Shown piece after piece: positions 16,046 through 25,420 of a stretch of DNA of 64,000 nucleotides (the stretch's first letter is position 1; each line of letters begins with the position of its first letter). Position numbers and translations under genes: made by a program. Location: IMG/VR virus record IMGVR_UViG_3300045988_036168, one strand, 5' to 3'. The notes under the pieces are model-generated. The model did not search any database, was not told where the DNA came from, and saw only the letters and a list, made by a program, of their open reading frames with translations. This DNA comes from a virus.

Positions 16046-16755
16046 TCGTCCGTCCCATCCTCGCCCATGAAGACCGAGCCGGCCCGCATCGCTCTGCGCT
16101 GGATCTCCTCCAGCAGCGTCGCCGTGCTGATGCCGTCAAGGCTGGGCAGGCCATTGCCGCCGCAGCAGTCGCATTCGCCGCAGCAATCTTCCTCAACCTC
16201 GTCGTCCAAAGAGACCAAGAGGTCAGAGTTAAGAAGCAAAGCGGGGCGGATGCCGTTCGAGCTGGATGCGTAGTAGTTGACGTAGTAGCCATCGGTGCTG
16301 ACGTACCACACGAAGCTGGTGTCGTAGGTGATCGGGGAGCGGAGCCACCGACACGCCCAAGGCGTGACGAGCCAGTACCAGTCATCCTCGTTCAGCGGGA
16401 TCAACTCCTTGAACTGGCCGTACTGCCAGAGCGTCAGGGGCGCCGCCTTGACCGTGATGGTGCCGTAGCTCTTGCTACGGTCGGTGCAGCTCAGATCCAC
16501 CTCAAACGGGAGAATGGCCGCGGCCTCCTCCGATGTGCGAGGCAGGGCCTCCACCCACTTGTCGATGCGCTCCTTCAAGGTGGAGCGGGTGTAGTCGTTG
16601 CGGTTCTCCGCATCGTCCTTGTCGTTGAACGGGCAGGACTCCTTGCTCTGAGCCAGCAGGACGAACGTGGAGCCGTCGCGCTGTTCCATAACAACGAACT
16701 TTTCACCGGCGAAGTTGAAAATGCGGCCGGGGCTGAGTTTTGCGAGTTTCTTCAT
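16042..16755 (-). CDS. hypothetical protein (237 aa), DUF6273-like core
   Basis: WYWLVTPW..VWYVSTDGY..GIRPALLL pattern. Cys-rich acidic tail. Confidence 0.55.
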   Translation of the reverse strand: MKKLAKLSPGRIFNFAGEKFVVMEQRDGSTFVLLAQSKESCPFNDKDDAENRNDYTRSTLKERIDKWVEALPRTSEEAAAILPFEVDLSCTDRSKSYGTITVKAAPLTLWQYGQFKELIPLNEDDWYWLVTPWACRWLRSPITYDTSFVWYVSTDGYYVNYYASSSNGIRPALLLNSDLLVSLDDEVEEDCCGECDCCGGNGLPSLDGISTATLLEEIQRRAMRAGSVFMGEDGTDE

Positions 16756-16764
16756 GATTGCCTC

Positions 16765-17187
16765 CTATTCTGTTTCCTGAATTGTCACGACAACCCTCGG
16801 GTCGTCGCTGAAGAACTTTCTTACCTGTGCGTCTACAATCTGGGCGTCATCGTGATAGGCGATGTCGTTCAGGGAGTCGCACACGATTTTGCCGATGTTG
16901 TCGAAGTCGGGCTTCTTCATCGGTCTGATTTTCCGCTCGCGCATGAGCTGCGCTCTCTTTTTGCTGACACTTTTGGGGATGCCGTAGTACGCCGTGATGC
17001 GCACATCAAGCGGTGTGTCCTTGGGGAACTTGAAGTCGTTGCATTGACGGCGGTATTCGAGCCTGACGAGGTTCTCATAGCTGACCGTCTTCTCCGGTGT
17101 GTAGGGCTGAACAAACGCGCCAGCGTTTCGGAATCGCGGCCTGCCTTTGCCCGCCGGTTCTCCAAGGACGGAAAACTTCAGCTTCAT
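16765..17187 (-). CDS. rusA: RusA-family Holliday-junction resolvase
   Basis: ORF trimmed to ATG 17187. GKGRPRF, KKPDFDNIGKIVCDSLNDIAYHDDAQI. Confidence 0.85.
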   Translation of the reverse strand: MKLKFSVLGEPAGKGRPRFRNAGAFVQPYTPEKTVSYENLVRLEYRRQCNDFKFPKDTPLDVRITAYYGIPKSVSKKRAQLMRERKIRPMKKPDFDNIGKIVCDSLNDIAYHDDAQIVDAQVRKFFSDDPRVVVTIQETE

Positions 17188-17378
17188 TTTGGTATCTCCG
17201 CCCCCTCCACCATCGTCTCGCCAATCCAATACTTGACGAGGTATTCGTTGCTTCTCCCGTCCTTCTTCTGCTTCACGGGCTGGACGGAATACCCGTTTCG
17301 GAACAGGATCGAGGCGACCGTCACGCGGTCGGCTTCACTCCCGATTTTGAGGTAGAAGACCTCTTTACTCCCCACCAT
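17184..17378 (-). CDS. hypothetical protein (64 aa)
   Basis: ORF 17184..17423 trimmed to ATG 17378, which is preceded by GAGGAG. Confidence 0.5.
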   Translation of the reverse strand: MVGSKEVFYLKIGSEADRVTVASILFRNGYSVQPVKQKKDGRSNEYLVKYWIGETMVEGAEIPK

Positions 17379-17550
17379 GTTCAGACTCCTCGCTGAGTTT
17401 GAACTGCGGGCCCCACGTTGCAACGATGTGGCGACTCTCCTGATCGACGAACGCGAGCTTCCCGTCGTAAATCGTCATGTTCAGCTTGTACTTGATACAG
17501 GCTCTCTCGACGTCAGCGATAAGATGCTGTACCCGCTGCTTCATTTCCAT
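17365..17550 (-). CDS. hypothetical protein (61 aa)
   Basis: ORF 17365..17676 trimmed to ATG 17550, just downstream of the loader gene stop. Confidence 0.5.
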   Translation of the reverse strand: MEMKQRVQHLIADVERACIKYKLNMTIYDGKLAFVDQESRHIVATWGPQFKLSEESEHGGE

Positions 17551-17563
17551 TTGGCTTCTCCTT

Positions 17564-18451
17564 TCAGTCAATATCGAACAGCTTCTCCATCTCCGTGAAC
17601 CGCCGGCTGGCTTCCTTCTTCCGCCAACTCGGGCCGGTGAACTGCATCGAGTAGCAGGTCTCGAAGATGCGGTCATAAATGCGGCTGTACCGTCTGTCCT
17701 TCTCGTCCTTCATCTCGTCGATGGTCAGGTTCGTGGTCAGGAGCATCGGGAGCTTCCGCCGATACCGGCTGTCGATGATGTTGTAAATCTTCTCAAGCGC
17801 ATAATCGGTGTTGCGCTCAGCACCCAGATCGTCGAAGATGACCAGCTTCGCGCTGTTCATCCGGGCGATGATGTCGCTCTCCTTCTCCTCGCCGCCCTGA
17901 ATGAGTTCCAGCAGCTTCACAAGGGAGGTCATCATCACGGGGACGCCGCGGTTCAGCAGGTGGTTGGCGATACAGGCGGCCGCAAAACTCTTGCCCGTGC
18001 CAACGCTTCCCCAGAAAATCAAACCCTGATTTTTGGACACCATCTCGTCGAACGCCTCAGCGTATCGGCGGCACAGCTTCAGATTTCGGGCGTTGTACTT
18101 CGTGACTTGGAAGCTGTCGAAGGATGCCTCGCGGAGCTTTTCATCCATGAGGCTCGCCTTTTTCAGACGGGCGACACGCTCCATGTCCTTTTTGTTCTGC
18201 TCGGCCTGCTTCTCGGCAGCCTCCTTGTCGCGGTCGCACTTGCAGGAGCGGGTGGCCTTGAACGTCATCTTGTTCTCGGGGTTGCCCTCCATCGGAGCGG
18301 ACACCGTCACCATCCCCTGCCTCGGCTCGCCGCACTTCCCGCACATGAGCATTCCGTCATCGTCGAACCAATCGCCGTGGCGGATCTCCTGCCGTTCAAG
18401 CCCTTGGGCGGCAATACGGGGCAAAATGGTCTGCGGGTCAAATCCTTGCAT
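17564..18451 (-). CDS. DnaC/IstB-like AAA+ helicase loader
   Basis: Walker A GSVGTGKS, Walker B VIFDDLGAE, N-terminal zinc ribbon. Confidence 0.85.
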   Translation of the reverse strand: MQGFDPQTILPRIAAQGLERQEIRHGDWFDDDGMLMCGKCGEPRQGMVTVSAPMEGNPENKMTFKATRSCKCDRDKEAAEKQAEQNKKDMERVARLKKASLMDEKLREASFDSFQVTKYNARNLKLCRRYAEAFDEMVSKNQGLIFWGSVGTGKSFAAACIANHLLNRGVPVMMTSLVKLLELIQGGEEKESDIIARMNSAKLVIFDDLGAERNTDYALEKIYNIIDSRYRRKLPMLLTTNLTIDEMKDEKDRRYSRIYDRIFETCYSMQFTGPSWRKKEASRRFTEMEKLFDID

Positions 18452-18454
18452 TTG

Positions 18455-19321
18455 TCATTCCTCCCCGTATTCCGCAAACGGATTTTTGTTGTCGGGCACC
18501 GCGTCCTCGGGCGGCTGGGCTTTCTTCTTATCTGGCAGATAGTCAAGGAACGGCCGGCTGTCGCTCAGGAACGTCTTCGGGTGCTTGATGTACTGCTTCT
18601 CGGTGCCGAGCCTCTTGCACTGGGTCGCATAGTTCCGAGCGGCCATCAGCAGCTCCTCCGGGGAGAAGCCCTCATGGATGCGGGCCTGATACTTCTTGAA
18701 GGCGTTGCCTTTCTCAGCCTTTTTCGGGTATGCGTCCCAGAACTCGTCGAAGGTCGGCGTGTACTTTGGCGTTGCCGGTTCCGCAGGGGGCTTCGGCGGT
18801 TCAGGAGGCTCGGTCGGCGCTTTTTCGGCTGCGGGAGTCTCTCCCCCGTCGATTTTAAGCTGCTTTTCCTCGCCGTCCGCGGGACCGTCCGTGTGACCGT
18901 CCTTCGCCGCATCCGCTTTTTCCTCGTTTTGGGCCGCCGCTTTGCTGTTCCGCCGACTCTCGCGCTTGCGGGCAGCGTCGCGCTCTCGGGCATCCTTGGC
19001 CTTTTGCCATTGGGCTTGCCAAGTCTCCCAGTCGTGGATGCAGATTCCGCGAGGCGACCAGTCGAGCCAGCCGCTATCGAAGAGTGCATCCACGATTTTC
19101 TTCGGATCGAGCACACAACCTGCGCCGACGCCGTACAGGTATCGCTCGATGTCCTCTTTTTCTGCATACAGTATGAGCCCGTCCCTCTCAGCGTTCGTAA
19201 GCCCCCAGAACCACAAGAAGTTCAGGATGCCCGTCGCCTCGAACTTTGAGCAACCGAGCTGCTTATACAGATTCCGCAGCTTCGGCCCGTCGATACTTTC
19301 GTGTACGCTGATCCATGCCAT
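18455..19321 (-). CDS. Phage replisome organiser / DnaD-like replication protein
   Basis: The N-terminal ILNFLWFWGL pattern, charged low-complexity linker, C-terminal domain and position upstream of the loader all fit this role. Confidence 0.6.
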   Translation of the reverse strand: MAWISVHESIDGPKLRNLYKQLGCSKFEATGILNFLWFWGLTNAERDGLILYAEKEDIERYLYGVGAGCVLDPKKIVDALFDSGWLDWSPRGICIHDWETWQAQWQKAKDARERDAARKRESRRNSKAAAQNEEKADAAKDGHTDGPADGEEKQLKIDGGETPAAEKAPTEPPEPPKPPAEPATPKYTPTFDEFWDAYPKKAEKGNAFKKYQARIHEGFSPEELLMAARNYATQCKRLGTEKQYIKHPKTFLSDSRPFLDYLPDKKKAQPPEDAVPDNKNPFAEYGEE

Positions 19322-19366
19322 TTTCTCACCTGCCTGTCTGTATGACGGCTATGCCGTCGGATCGCA

Positions 19367-20296
19367 TCACTCTTTACCGGGGAAATCGGGCTGGTCGCTG
19401 GCAGGAACGGTATCGCTTGCTTCCTGCGGAGCTTCGGGTTCAGGCTTCTTCTCCTGAGCCATTTCCATGACCTTTTCGGTGATGCGGTGATACACAGACG
19501 TAGGCAGGCCCTCCGTGGACTCGTAGCCCTCGGCGGCCAGCAGGGATTTCAGGATGCCGTTCGCTTCCTGTCCGAAGGCGCTCGTCGCCATCTTGAAAAG
19601 CGTCTGACGCTGATCCTGCGTGATGGGTTCATCCTTTTCAGCCTCGGTCACTTCGCCGGTAGCAGGATCGACCACCAGAGCGAAGCCATCCGTCGGAAGC
19701 TCGCCCATGTCGAGGACTTCCTCCTGACTGTAAATGCCCATAATCATATCGGGGCAGTTCATGCGGCCAAAGAACGAAGCGGCGCGGTACTGGATCATCA
19801 CGTCGGGCATGGTCTTCCACTTGCTGCCGTTTTTGCTCGTCCAGCCTTCGTCGTTCGCCATATTCATCGTGATTTTCGGGCCGTAGACCTTGTGGCCGGA
19901 GTAATCCTCTGCCCAAGCGCGGCAGCTCAGGCCGCCGTCGGCTTTGTCGCGGCCGAACTCGAACTGCAGCTCGGTCTTATACCGGCGGCTGCTGTTAATC
20001 ATGGCGATGATCCACTGGCTCGACCACGCAGGGCGCCCGTTGACGATGTAGAGGTTCTGCATCACCATCATCGGACTGGTGTTGATGCGAGATGCCATCT
20101 CAATAGCGATCATGCAGTTGCCGACGTTTCCGTGGTACTCCTTGGGGACTACCGTAGACGACGCAAGGCACTGGGCCATGCGCAGAGCCGTATTGAAGCT
20201 CGCGCCGTCAGCGAAGACGCTCAAGGCTCCCCCGCCGGCCGTTTTCTGAGCCACAGCCCCAGCGGGCGCCGTGCTCAGTTTGTTTTCGTTGCTCAT
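19367..20296 (-). CDS. recT: RecT-family single-strand annealing recombinase
   Basis: NLYIVNGRPAWSSQWIIAMIN and KWKTMPDVMIQYRAASFFGR core motifs. Confidence 0.85.
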   Translation of the reverse strand: MSNENKLSTAPAGAVAQKTAGGGALSVFADGASFNTALRMAQCLASSTVVPKEYHGNVGNCMIAIEMASRINTSPMMVMQNLYIVNGRPAWSSQWIIAMINSSRRYKTELQFEFGRDKADGGLSCRAWAEDYSGHKVYGPKITMNMANDEGWTSKNGSKWKTMPDVMIQYRAASFFGRMNCPDMIMGIYSQEEVLDMGELPTDGFALVVDPATGEVTEAEKDEPITQDQRQTLFKMATSAFGQEANGILKSLLAAEGYESTEGLPTSVYHRITEKVMEMAQEKKPEPEAPQEASDTVPASDQPDFPGKE

Positions 20297-20321
20297 GTTG
20301 ACCTCCTGTTATTCTCCGGTT

Positions 20322-21068
20322 TTACCGGGTGCTGACGCTGGTGGTGTATGTTTCGCGGAACTTGATACCGGGTATCTCGACCTGGCCCTTGGACATCTTA
20401 ATCAGGCGGAGCACCGCAGCCTTATCGACCGGGCGCAGCTCAATGCCAACGAGGGACACGGGAACCTTAGACCAGTCGCACTCGGACTCGCAGATTTCCC
20501 ACGTCTTGCTCTGGGAGATGCCCTTGACCTTGGGCGTCTGATGCTGGACGCCACCGGCGATGGACACCCCTTCCATCATCTCGGCTTCGGCCATAGCGTA
20601 CTCTGCGCCAACAGCGTCACCGTTAGCCTCAGCTTCGGCAGCTTCATTCAGGTGGCGGTCGATCTCGGCCTGAGCCAGTCGGCGCATGGCCTCCTCCTGC
20701 TCACGGCGCTTGCGCTCCTGCTCCGCGCTGTACTCGTTCACCTTGGTCTTGACGATCTTCTCCGCCTTTTCCAGAGGCTCAATCATTTCCTTTCTGTGGT
20801 TCAGAACCTCGTCGTAGCTCTTCTTGGCGGACACGCGGAGAGGCTCCCAATAGTCATTGACCTGCTTCTGGGCCTGCTTGATCTGCTTCAGGAACAGGCC
20901 AGCGTCCTCGAAATCCGCTCCAGAGGCGACGACGACCGCTTCGGCCCGCTGCTCAATCAAGCTGACTTCTTTGCCGAGCTTGCTCTCTTCAGCGTTCATC
21001 ACGGTCACGTTCTCTTCTGCGGTGTCAAGGACAAGGGCATTGCTTCCGATGGTCTTTGCGTCGTTCAT
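20322..21068 (-). CDS. DUF1351-like phage protein
   Basis: ORF trimmed to ATG 21068, 8 nt after AAGGAG. Coiled-coil middle. Position next to recT is typical for this family. Confidence 0.45.
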   Translation of the reverse strand: MNDAKTIGSNALVLDTAEENVTVMNAEESKLGKEVSLIEQRAEAVVVASGADFEDAGLFLKQIKQAQKQVNDYWEPLRVSAKKSYDEVLNHRKEMIEPLEKAEKIVKTKVNEYSAEQERKRREQEEAMRRLAQAEIDRHLNEAAEAEANGDAVGAEYAMAEAEMMEGVSIAGGVQHQTPKVKGISQSKTWEICESECDWSKVPVSLVGIELRPVDKAAVLRLIKMSKGQVEIPGIKFRETYTTSVSTR

Positions 21069-21086
21069 ACTGACACTCCTTTTCAT

Positions 21087-21704
21087 TTATTTGTAAGACT
21101 GTTCATAGTCGTACAGACATTTCAGCGCCCCGACTACGCGGCATCTGGCGGGGTCTTTGGCCGGGAACTCGCGGAACGACCACTTCCCGTCCTTTTTCAG
21201 ATGCAGGATGTGCTTTCTCTGCGGTGTGATGCCGTGGGAAATAAGTGCCTGCGAGTAGGCTTCAAGCTGGACACCGCAGGCCATTTCCAGCAGCGTGTAC
21301 GTCGTCTTGAAGTCGATAAGCTCCAGCAGGCCGCCAATCTCGCAGAGCAGGTCAATCGTCCCGCCGTAGCGCATCAGCTTATGGTAGATGCGCACCTCAG
21401 AGCCGAAGACCCGCGGTTTATACTGCTTCCACCACTCCACGAAGCCGTTGAAGTAGCCGCGATGCTCCGACGGAATATCGTCGATGCCGAACTTGATCCA
21501 GTTCTCGATGCTGTTATGCACCGCAGAGCCTTTGATGGCGGCGTTCTCAAGCGTCCGCTTGCTGATACCGCCGTAGCACTGGTCTTTCAGCGGCTCCATC
21601 AGCTTCGACACGCTCGGGATGATGTCGCCGTTCAGCCGGTAGATATGGCTGGCCTCGTCGAAGGTCAGCTCGGGCAGTTCAGGAACCTCAACCGTCATAC
21701 CCAT
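21087..21704 (-). CDS. PD-(D/E)XK exonuclease (RecT partner)
   Basis: GTIDLLCE...LELIDFKTT gives the D..(D/E)xK signature. Lies upstream of recT. Confidence 0.65.
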   Translation of the reverse strand: MGMTVEVPELPELTFDEASHIYRLNGDIIPSVSKLMEPLKDQCYGGISKRTLENAAIKGSAVHNSIENWIKFGIDDIPSEHRGYFNGFVEWWKQYKPRVFGSEVRIYHKLMRYGGTIDLLCEIGGLLELIDFKTTYTLLEMACGVQLEAYSQALISHGITPQRKHILHLKKDGKWSFREFPAKDPARCRVVGALKCLYDYEQSYK

Positions 21705-21936
21705 CGGGAATGTCCTCCTCGCTCGCAGTTCTCCATTCTCCGCCCAGCTTCGGTATCAGGACGCAGAGCGGCAGGTCTTCCAAGCAGTCCTCGCACCACG
21801 CCTCACCGTCGATAATGCCGTATTCGTCGCCGGGAATAATCGGCTCTCCGCAGGAGCAGCAGTGCGTTACCGGCGTCGGGTCCGGAGCGTTCGGGCAGCC
21901 GCTCAGGCAAGGGCTGTGCATACAGATGTCGCACAT
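21688..21936 (-). CDS. Cys-rich zinc-ribbon protein (82 aa)
   Basis: CDIC..C..C and CCSCG..CEDC motifs. Confidence 0.5.
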   Translation of the reverse strand: MCDICMHSPCLSGCPNAPDPTPVTHCCSCGEPIIPGDEYGIIDGEAWCEDCLEDLPLCVLIPKLGGEWRTASEEDIPDGYDG

Positions 21937-22169
21937 AAGTTTCTCCTCCCAATCGCATTGATTCTCTCGCGCATCACATAATCTTCCAGCTCGTTTCTGA
22001 ACAGGAGCGGCACATACGCCTCGTCCTTGCCGTTCAGGTCTGCCTTGCGGACGGTGTGCTGCATGATGGCGACCATGTCATCCACATCGAACCAGAAGCC
22101 GGTCTCGTTCTGGACGTCCACGATGATGTTTCCCAGCTCCTCGGTGTTCAGCTTCGCCGTGTCGATCAT
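21903..22169 (-). CDS. hypothetical protein (88 aa)
   Basis: ORF trimmed to ATG 22169 (ATGA overlap with the upstream stop). Confidence 0.5.
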   Translation of the reverse strand: MIDTAKLNTEELGNIIVDVQNETGFWFDVDDMVAIMQHTVRKADLNGKDEAYVPLLFRNELEDYVMRERINAIGRRNLCATSVCTALA

Positions 22170-22894
22170 GCCAGCACCTCCGCCCATGCGTCCGCGTATT
22201 CCATCACCGTGCGGCTGTACGACGTGGTCGTGTAGCCTTTGCTGAAGACGTGCTCCTGAGCGCCGCCCTCGCCGTAGTTGTAACAAATCAAGGCTTTGTG
22301 CCAGTCCCCGTACTTCCCATACAGGTCGCTCAGGATGAACACGCCAGCGCGGATATTCTGGTACGGGTCAGTCAGATCCGTGACTCTGATTTTCTCGGAC
22401 AGCCATTCGGAATTGATGCTGTTGATCTGCATATAGCCGTAGCAGCTTCCGTTTGCGGCTGTGGCCGTGAACGAGCTTTCGGCCTGAATGACGCCCAGAG
22501 CCACGTTCTGAGGGACGCCGTATTCTTCGCAGACCGCAATCAGATGGCACTGCAGGTCGAAGTCCAGCGGGATCTCCTCATGCAGATAGCCTTGCTCCAG
22601 CAGAGCGGCCTCGATTTTCTCGTTCTCGTCCTCTTCCTCTACGGGTTCCGGTTCCTGAGTAGGCTCTGCCGTCATCTGGACGTGCTGATATGTACTGTCG
22701 TGCTCTGCGACCAGCAGAACCGGCTCAGCCTGCAATGCGGGCGGCTGCGGTGTTGGTTCGGGCACCGTTTCGGCTGCCCCCCCCCCTGTCAGGGCTACGA
22801 TGCTGGCCGTGGTCATCGCCAGCACGGCCGCTGTGGTCGCCAGCTTGATTCGCAAGATGCGGCGGCGTCTTCTTCGCCGTTCCATTCGGGTCAT
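22166..22894 (-). CDS. Membrane-anchored lytic transglycosylase (SLT domain)
   Basis: N-terminal TM helix. GVIQAESSF, YGYMQIN and ALICYNYG are SLT motifs. Confidence 0.8.
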   Translation of the reverse strand: MTRMERRRRRRRILRIKLATTAAVLAMTTASIVALTGGGAAETVPEPTPQPPALQAEPVLLVAEHDSTYQHVQMTAEPTQEPEPVEEEDENEKIEAALLEQGYLHEEIPLDFDLQCHLIAVCEEYGVPQNVALGVIQAESSFTATAANGSCYGYMQINSINSEWLSEKIRVTDLTDPYQNIRAGVFILSDLYGKYGDWHKALICYNYGEGGAQEHVFSKGYTTTSYSRTVMEYADAWAEVLA

Positions 22895-23025
22895 GATGCT
22901 TTGTCCTCCTTTGTTTTCTCAGGTGTCGCGCAGAACGGGGCCAGATCCAACGGTTTCATCCGCCGAATGGCCTCCGCAAGCTCCCGTGGGCTTTTGATGC
23001 CATACTCTTCCGCGAGTATAGCCAT
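22894..23025 (-). CDS. putative microprotein (43 aa)
   Basis: Not in the ORF track. Its stop overlaps the SLT gene ATG as ATGA. RBS is weak. Confidence 0.35.
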
Positions 23026-23029
23026 CAGA

Positions 23030-23545
23030 CTACTTTGATCCATGGGCATCACCATCTTCGTTCAGAGCCATCTCTCCGATGGTCTTCAGCTCGCTCACGG
23101 TCTTTGCCAGATCGTCGAGGTAGGCCAAAACCTCTTGAAGCGCCGGTTTCTCGTCTTCGGTGATTTTCCCGTCAGCCGCGATGTCAAGGAGCGTGTCCTT
23201 GACATCTCCGAGCTTTTCGGTCTTCAGGCTCTTCAGCAGCTTGACCGTCACGCGGTCAATGCCCACCACTTCATCGGAGAGCGAATGCCTGCATCCAATC
23301 GGGCACTCGTTCAAGCAGTAGTGGTTCAGCAGCCACGGGGCGTTGTACCTGTCAGCCATGAGCACCGCCTTATCGACCGGCATGAACTTTGTGTTCCCCA
23401 GCTCTGCATCTGCCAGCGAAGATACCGACATTCCGAGTTGCTCAGCCGCGCTCTCACGGCTACATAGCCTGTCATCATATTCAGCAGCCTTTTTTCTGGC
23501 TTGATACCACGGATTTCCCGCCGCTTTCGTAGCGTCACGTCCCAT
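23030..23545 (-). CDS. HTH (XRE-like) regulator with Cys-rich middle domain
   Basis: SRESAAEQLGMSVSSLADAELG looks like an HTH. CLNECPIGC cluster. Confidence 0.55.
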   Translation of the reverse strand: MGRDATKAAGNPWYQARKKAAEYDDRLCSRESAAEQLGMSVSSLADAELGNTKFMPVDKAVLMADRYNAPWLLNHYCLNECPIGCRHSLSDEVVGIDRVTVKLLKSLKTEKLGDVKDTLLDIAADGKITEDEKPALQEVLAYLDDLAKTVSELKTIGEMALNEDGDAHGSK

Positions 23546-23653
23546 TTTCTCTGAGCCTCCAATCGCCTATAATTACCGTAGTGGCAAGATAAATTATCCA
23601 ATCGGCTAATCATCGGGCAAAAAAATATACACCGACGCCGATGATGGCCTCGA

Positions 23654-23872
23654 TTAACCAGTTGGCAACTTGCCGTCGAAGAAAAAGTCGTTCACCTGCG
23701 CATTGTTCAGCGTGAGCAGGCTGGCGACCTCCGGGACTTCATCCAAGGTAAACTCTACTTCGCCTCTCTCTTTTCTCCCATAGGAGACTTCCGTGAGGCC
23801 GAGCTTCTCTGCCATGTACTTCTGCGTAAATCCAAGCCTTGCGCGGGCTCCCTTGATTTCGAGTGGTTTCAT
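23654..23872 (-). CDS. Cro-like XRE-family HTH regulator (72 aa)
   Basis: ORF trimmed to ATG 23872. ARARLGFTQKYMAEKLGLTEVSYGRKERG. Divergent from the CI-like gene. Confidence 0.75.
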   Translation of the reverse strand: MKPLEIKGARARLGFTQKYMAEKLGLTEVSYGRKERGEVEFTLDEVPEVASLLTLNNAQVNDFFFDGKLPTG

Positions 23873-23926
23873 AATGTTCACCCCTTTCAGCCTATCTTTT
23901 TTTGAAGATAATTGACCTATGTGATT

Positions 23927-23955
23927 ATTATAATTATCCACGTGGCTAATGTCAA
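23927..23955 (-). promoter_or_regulatory. Early (Cro-side) promoter
   Basis: Minus strand TTGACA-17 nt-TATAAT. The spacer contains TGGATAAT (the ATTATCCA box at 23933-23940). Confidence 0.6.
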
Positions 23956-23986
23956 TAGTTTTTTGCAGTTTTATCGCAAAAAATGT

Positions 23987-24015
23987 TTGCGATTTTACCC
24001 AAAGAGCTTTACAAT
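23987..24015 (+). promoter_or_regulatory. Repressor-side promoter
   Basis: Plus strand TTGCGA-17 nt-TACAAT, 42 nt upstream of the ATG at 24057. Confidence 0.6.
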
Positions 24016-24056
24016 GGCTAATACAAACAATCACGCTGGCAAAGGAGAAGCACATC

Positions 24057-24395
24057 ATGGAACTCGAACTCGATTTTACCGCCTTCAAGAAGAACCTGCG
24101 CGACCTAATTGAAAGCAGGGGTCTCTACGCCAAGGACATCGCCGCAGAGATCAACGTCTCAACGCCTACCCTGTCGAGATACCTTCAGGGCGTCCGTGAA
24201 CCCGAACTCAAGTACGTCGTTCGGCTCGCCCGCTACTTCGGCGTTTCTGTTGACTGGCTGCTGGGCCTCAGCAACGACCGCTACGAGGCAGTCCCCACAG
24301 AAGTCCGCGAGTTTGCCACTCTGTACGCTCTGGCCTCGCCAGATGACCGTACCATCGTCGAAACTGTACTCAAAAAATATCGAGAGGAGAACTAA
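24057..24395 (+). CDS. CI-like XRE-family repressor (112 aa)
   Basis: ORF trimmed to ATG 24057 (AAGGAG RBS). AKDIAAEINVSTPTLSRYLQGVREP is the HTH. Confidence 0.75.
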   Translation: MELELDFTAFKKNLRDLIESRGLYAKDIAAEINVSTPTLSRYLQGVREPELKYVVRLARYFGVSVDWLLGLSNDRYEAVPTEVREFATLYALASPDDRTIVETVLKKYREEN

Positions 24396-24397
24396 CC

Positions 24398-25315
24398 ATG
24401 ATCTTCGGCAAAGACTTGGGACGTTCTGCCTTCTTTGCCGAAATCGGCTCGGAGGTTGAACGTCTGGACAGCATCCCCAGCAACTACACAAGCCTCGTCT
24501 GCATTGGGCAGGGCGTCAGCCTCACCGATACCGTAGGACGTGAGTATCGCATCGACCTGTTCATCTCGCCCACCGGCTGTATCGCCGTTCGGCTCCCCCC
24601 TCCCCTTGCCGGTGCGTCGCCGACCGACGCCGATCCCAAGCATCTACGCCGCGTTGCCTCCATTGTGCGGGCGTGGAGCGTGGAGCAGCTCAACGAGGTC
24701 TGTGCCGACCATTTCTACCACGCCGAAGGACAGGCCGCCGACATCATCGACGTCCTCGTTCGCGCCGGTCTTGCGGGTTTCTCCGACAAAGGCAATGTCA
24801 GCAAGGCTCTCGCCGCAACGCTGGCCGGTGGCGAATTACTCTTCGAGGTCATCGACTCAGCCTCCGCACACAAGGTCTTTACCAGCCGTGAACTCATTGA
24901 CCGATTCTCTGCCGCAAAAGGCGTTGACCCAGACGACGTGACCGAGTTCATCGGTGCCCTCGAAGTCATGGACGGCTTCAGCGCCGTCTCCATCGGCCGC
25001 GAGATCATCGTTCAATATGCTCCGCTCGGCGACGGCCGCCCGTACCAGCTCTTCAAGTTCACCATCGGGCAGCATCGCTCGGACGTGGTGGCCGAGCCCC
25101 GTGTCACCCGACACCAGCTCCAGAGCAACGGGCGAGGTCCTGCCGAGGCCGACAGTTTCTTTGAGGCCCTCATTCCCTATGCGGACACGGCCTCAATGCA
25201 GCCTGCACCAGACGGCTCCATCAGTGTCTTGCCTCTCAGCATTGACGCCCTGATGGATGGCACGATGGGGCTTGTGGCAGCGGCCAGAGGCTTCGCAAAA
25301 GCAGTCTCGCAATAA
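24398..25315 (+). CDS. hypothetical protein (305 aa), lysogeny-module orphan
   Basis: Starts 2 nt after the repressor stop. No recognisable motif. Confidence 0.65.
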   Translation: MIFGKDLGRSAFFAEIGSEVERLDSIPSNYTSLVCIGQGVSLTDTVGREYRIDLFISPTGCIAVRLPPPLAGASPTDADPKHLRRVASIVRAWSVEQLNEVCADHFYHAEGQAADIIDVLVRAGLAGFSDKGNVSKALAATLAGGELLFEVIDSASAHKVFTSRELIDRFSAAKGVDPDDVTEFIGALEVMDGFSAVSIGREIIVQYAPLGDGRPYQLFKFTIGQHRSDVVAEPRVTRHQLQSNGRGPAEADSFFEALIPYADTASMQPAPDGSISVLPLSIDALMDGTMGLVAAARGFAKAVSQ

Positions 25316-25363
25316 AAACACATACGGGGCATCGCAGCAGCGGTGCCCCAAAACTATATCTAA

Positions 25364-25418
25364 CGGTTACGTTACGTTTACGGTATAGGTTACGGTTACG
25401 GTATGGTTACGGTTATAC
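25364..25418. repeat. About nine degenerate tandem copies of the hexamer GGTTAC
   Basis: CGGTTAC GTTAC GTTTAC GGTATA GGTTAC GGTTAC GGTAT GGTTAC GGTTAT. Confidence 0.8.
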
Positions 25419-25420
25419 AC

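Noticed and set aside
25326-25349. The GGGGCA-N12-TGCCCC hairpin as an intrinsic terminator of the repressor/orphan operon.
   Set aside because: No U-tract follows it on the plus strand (AAAACTATATC). It may still be a processing or stability element.
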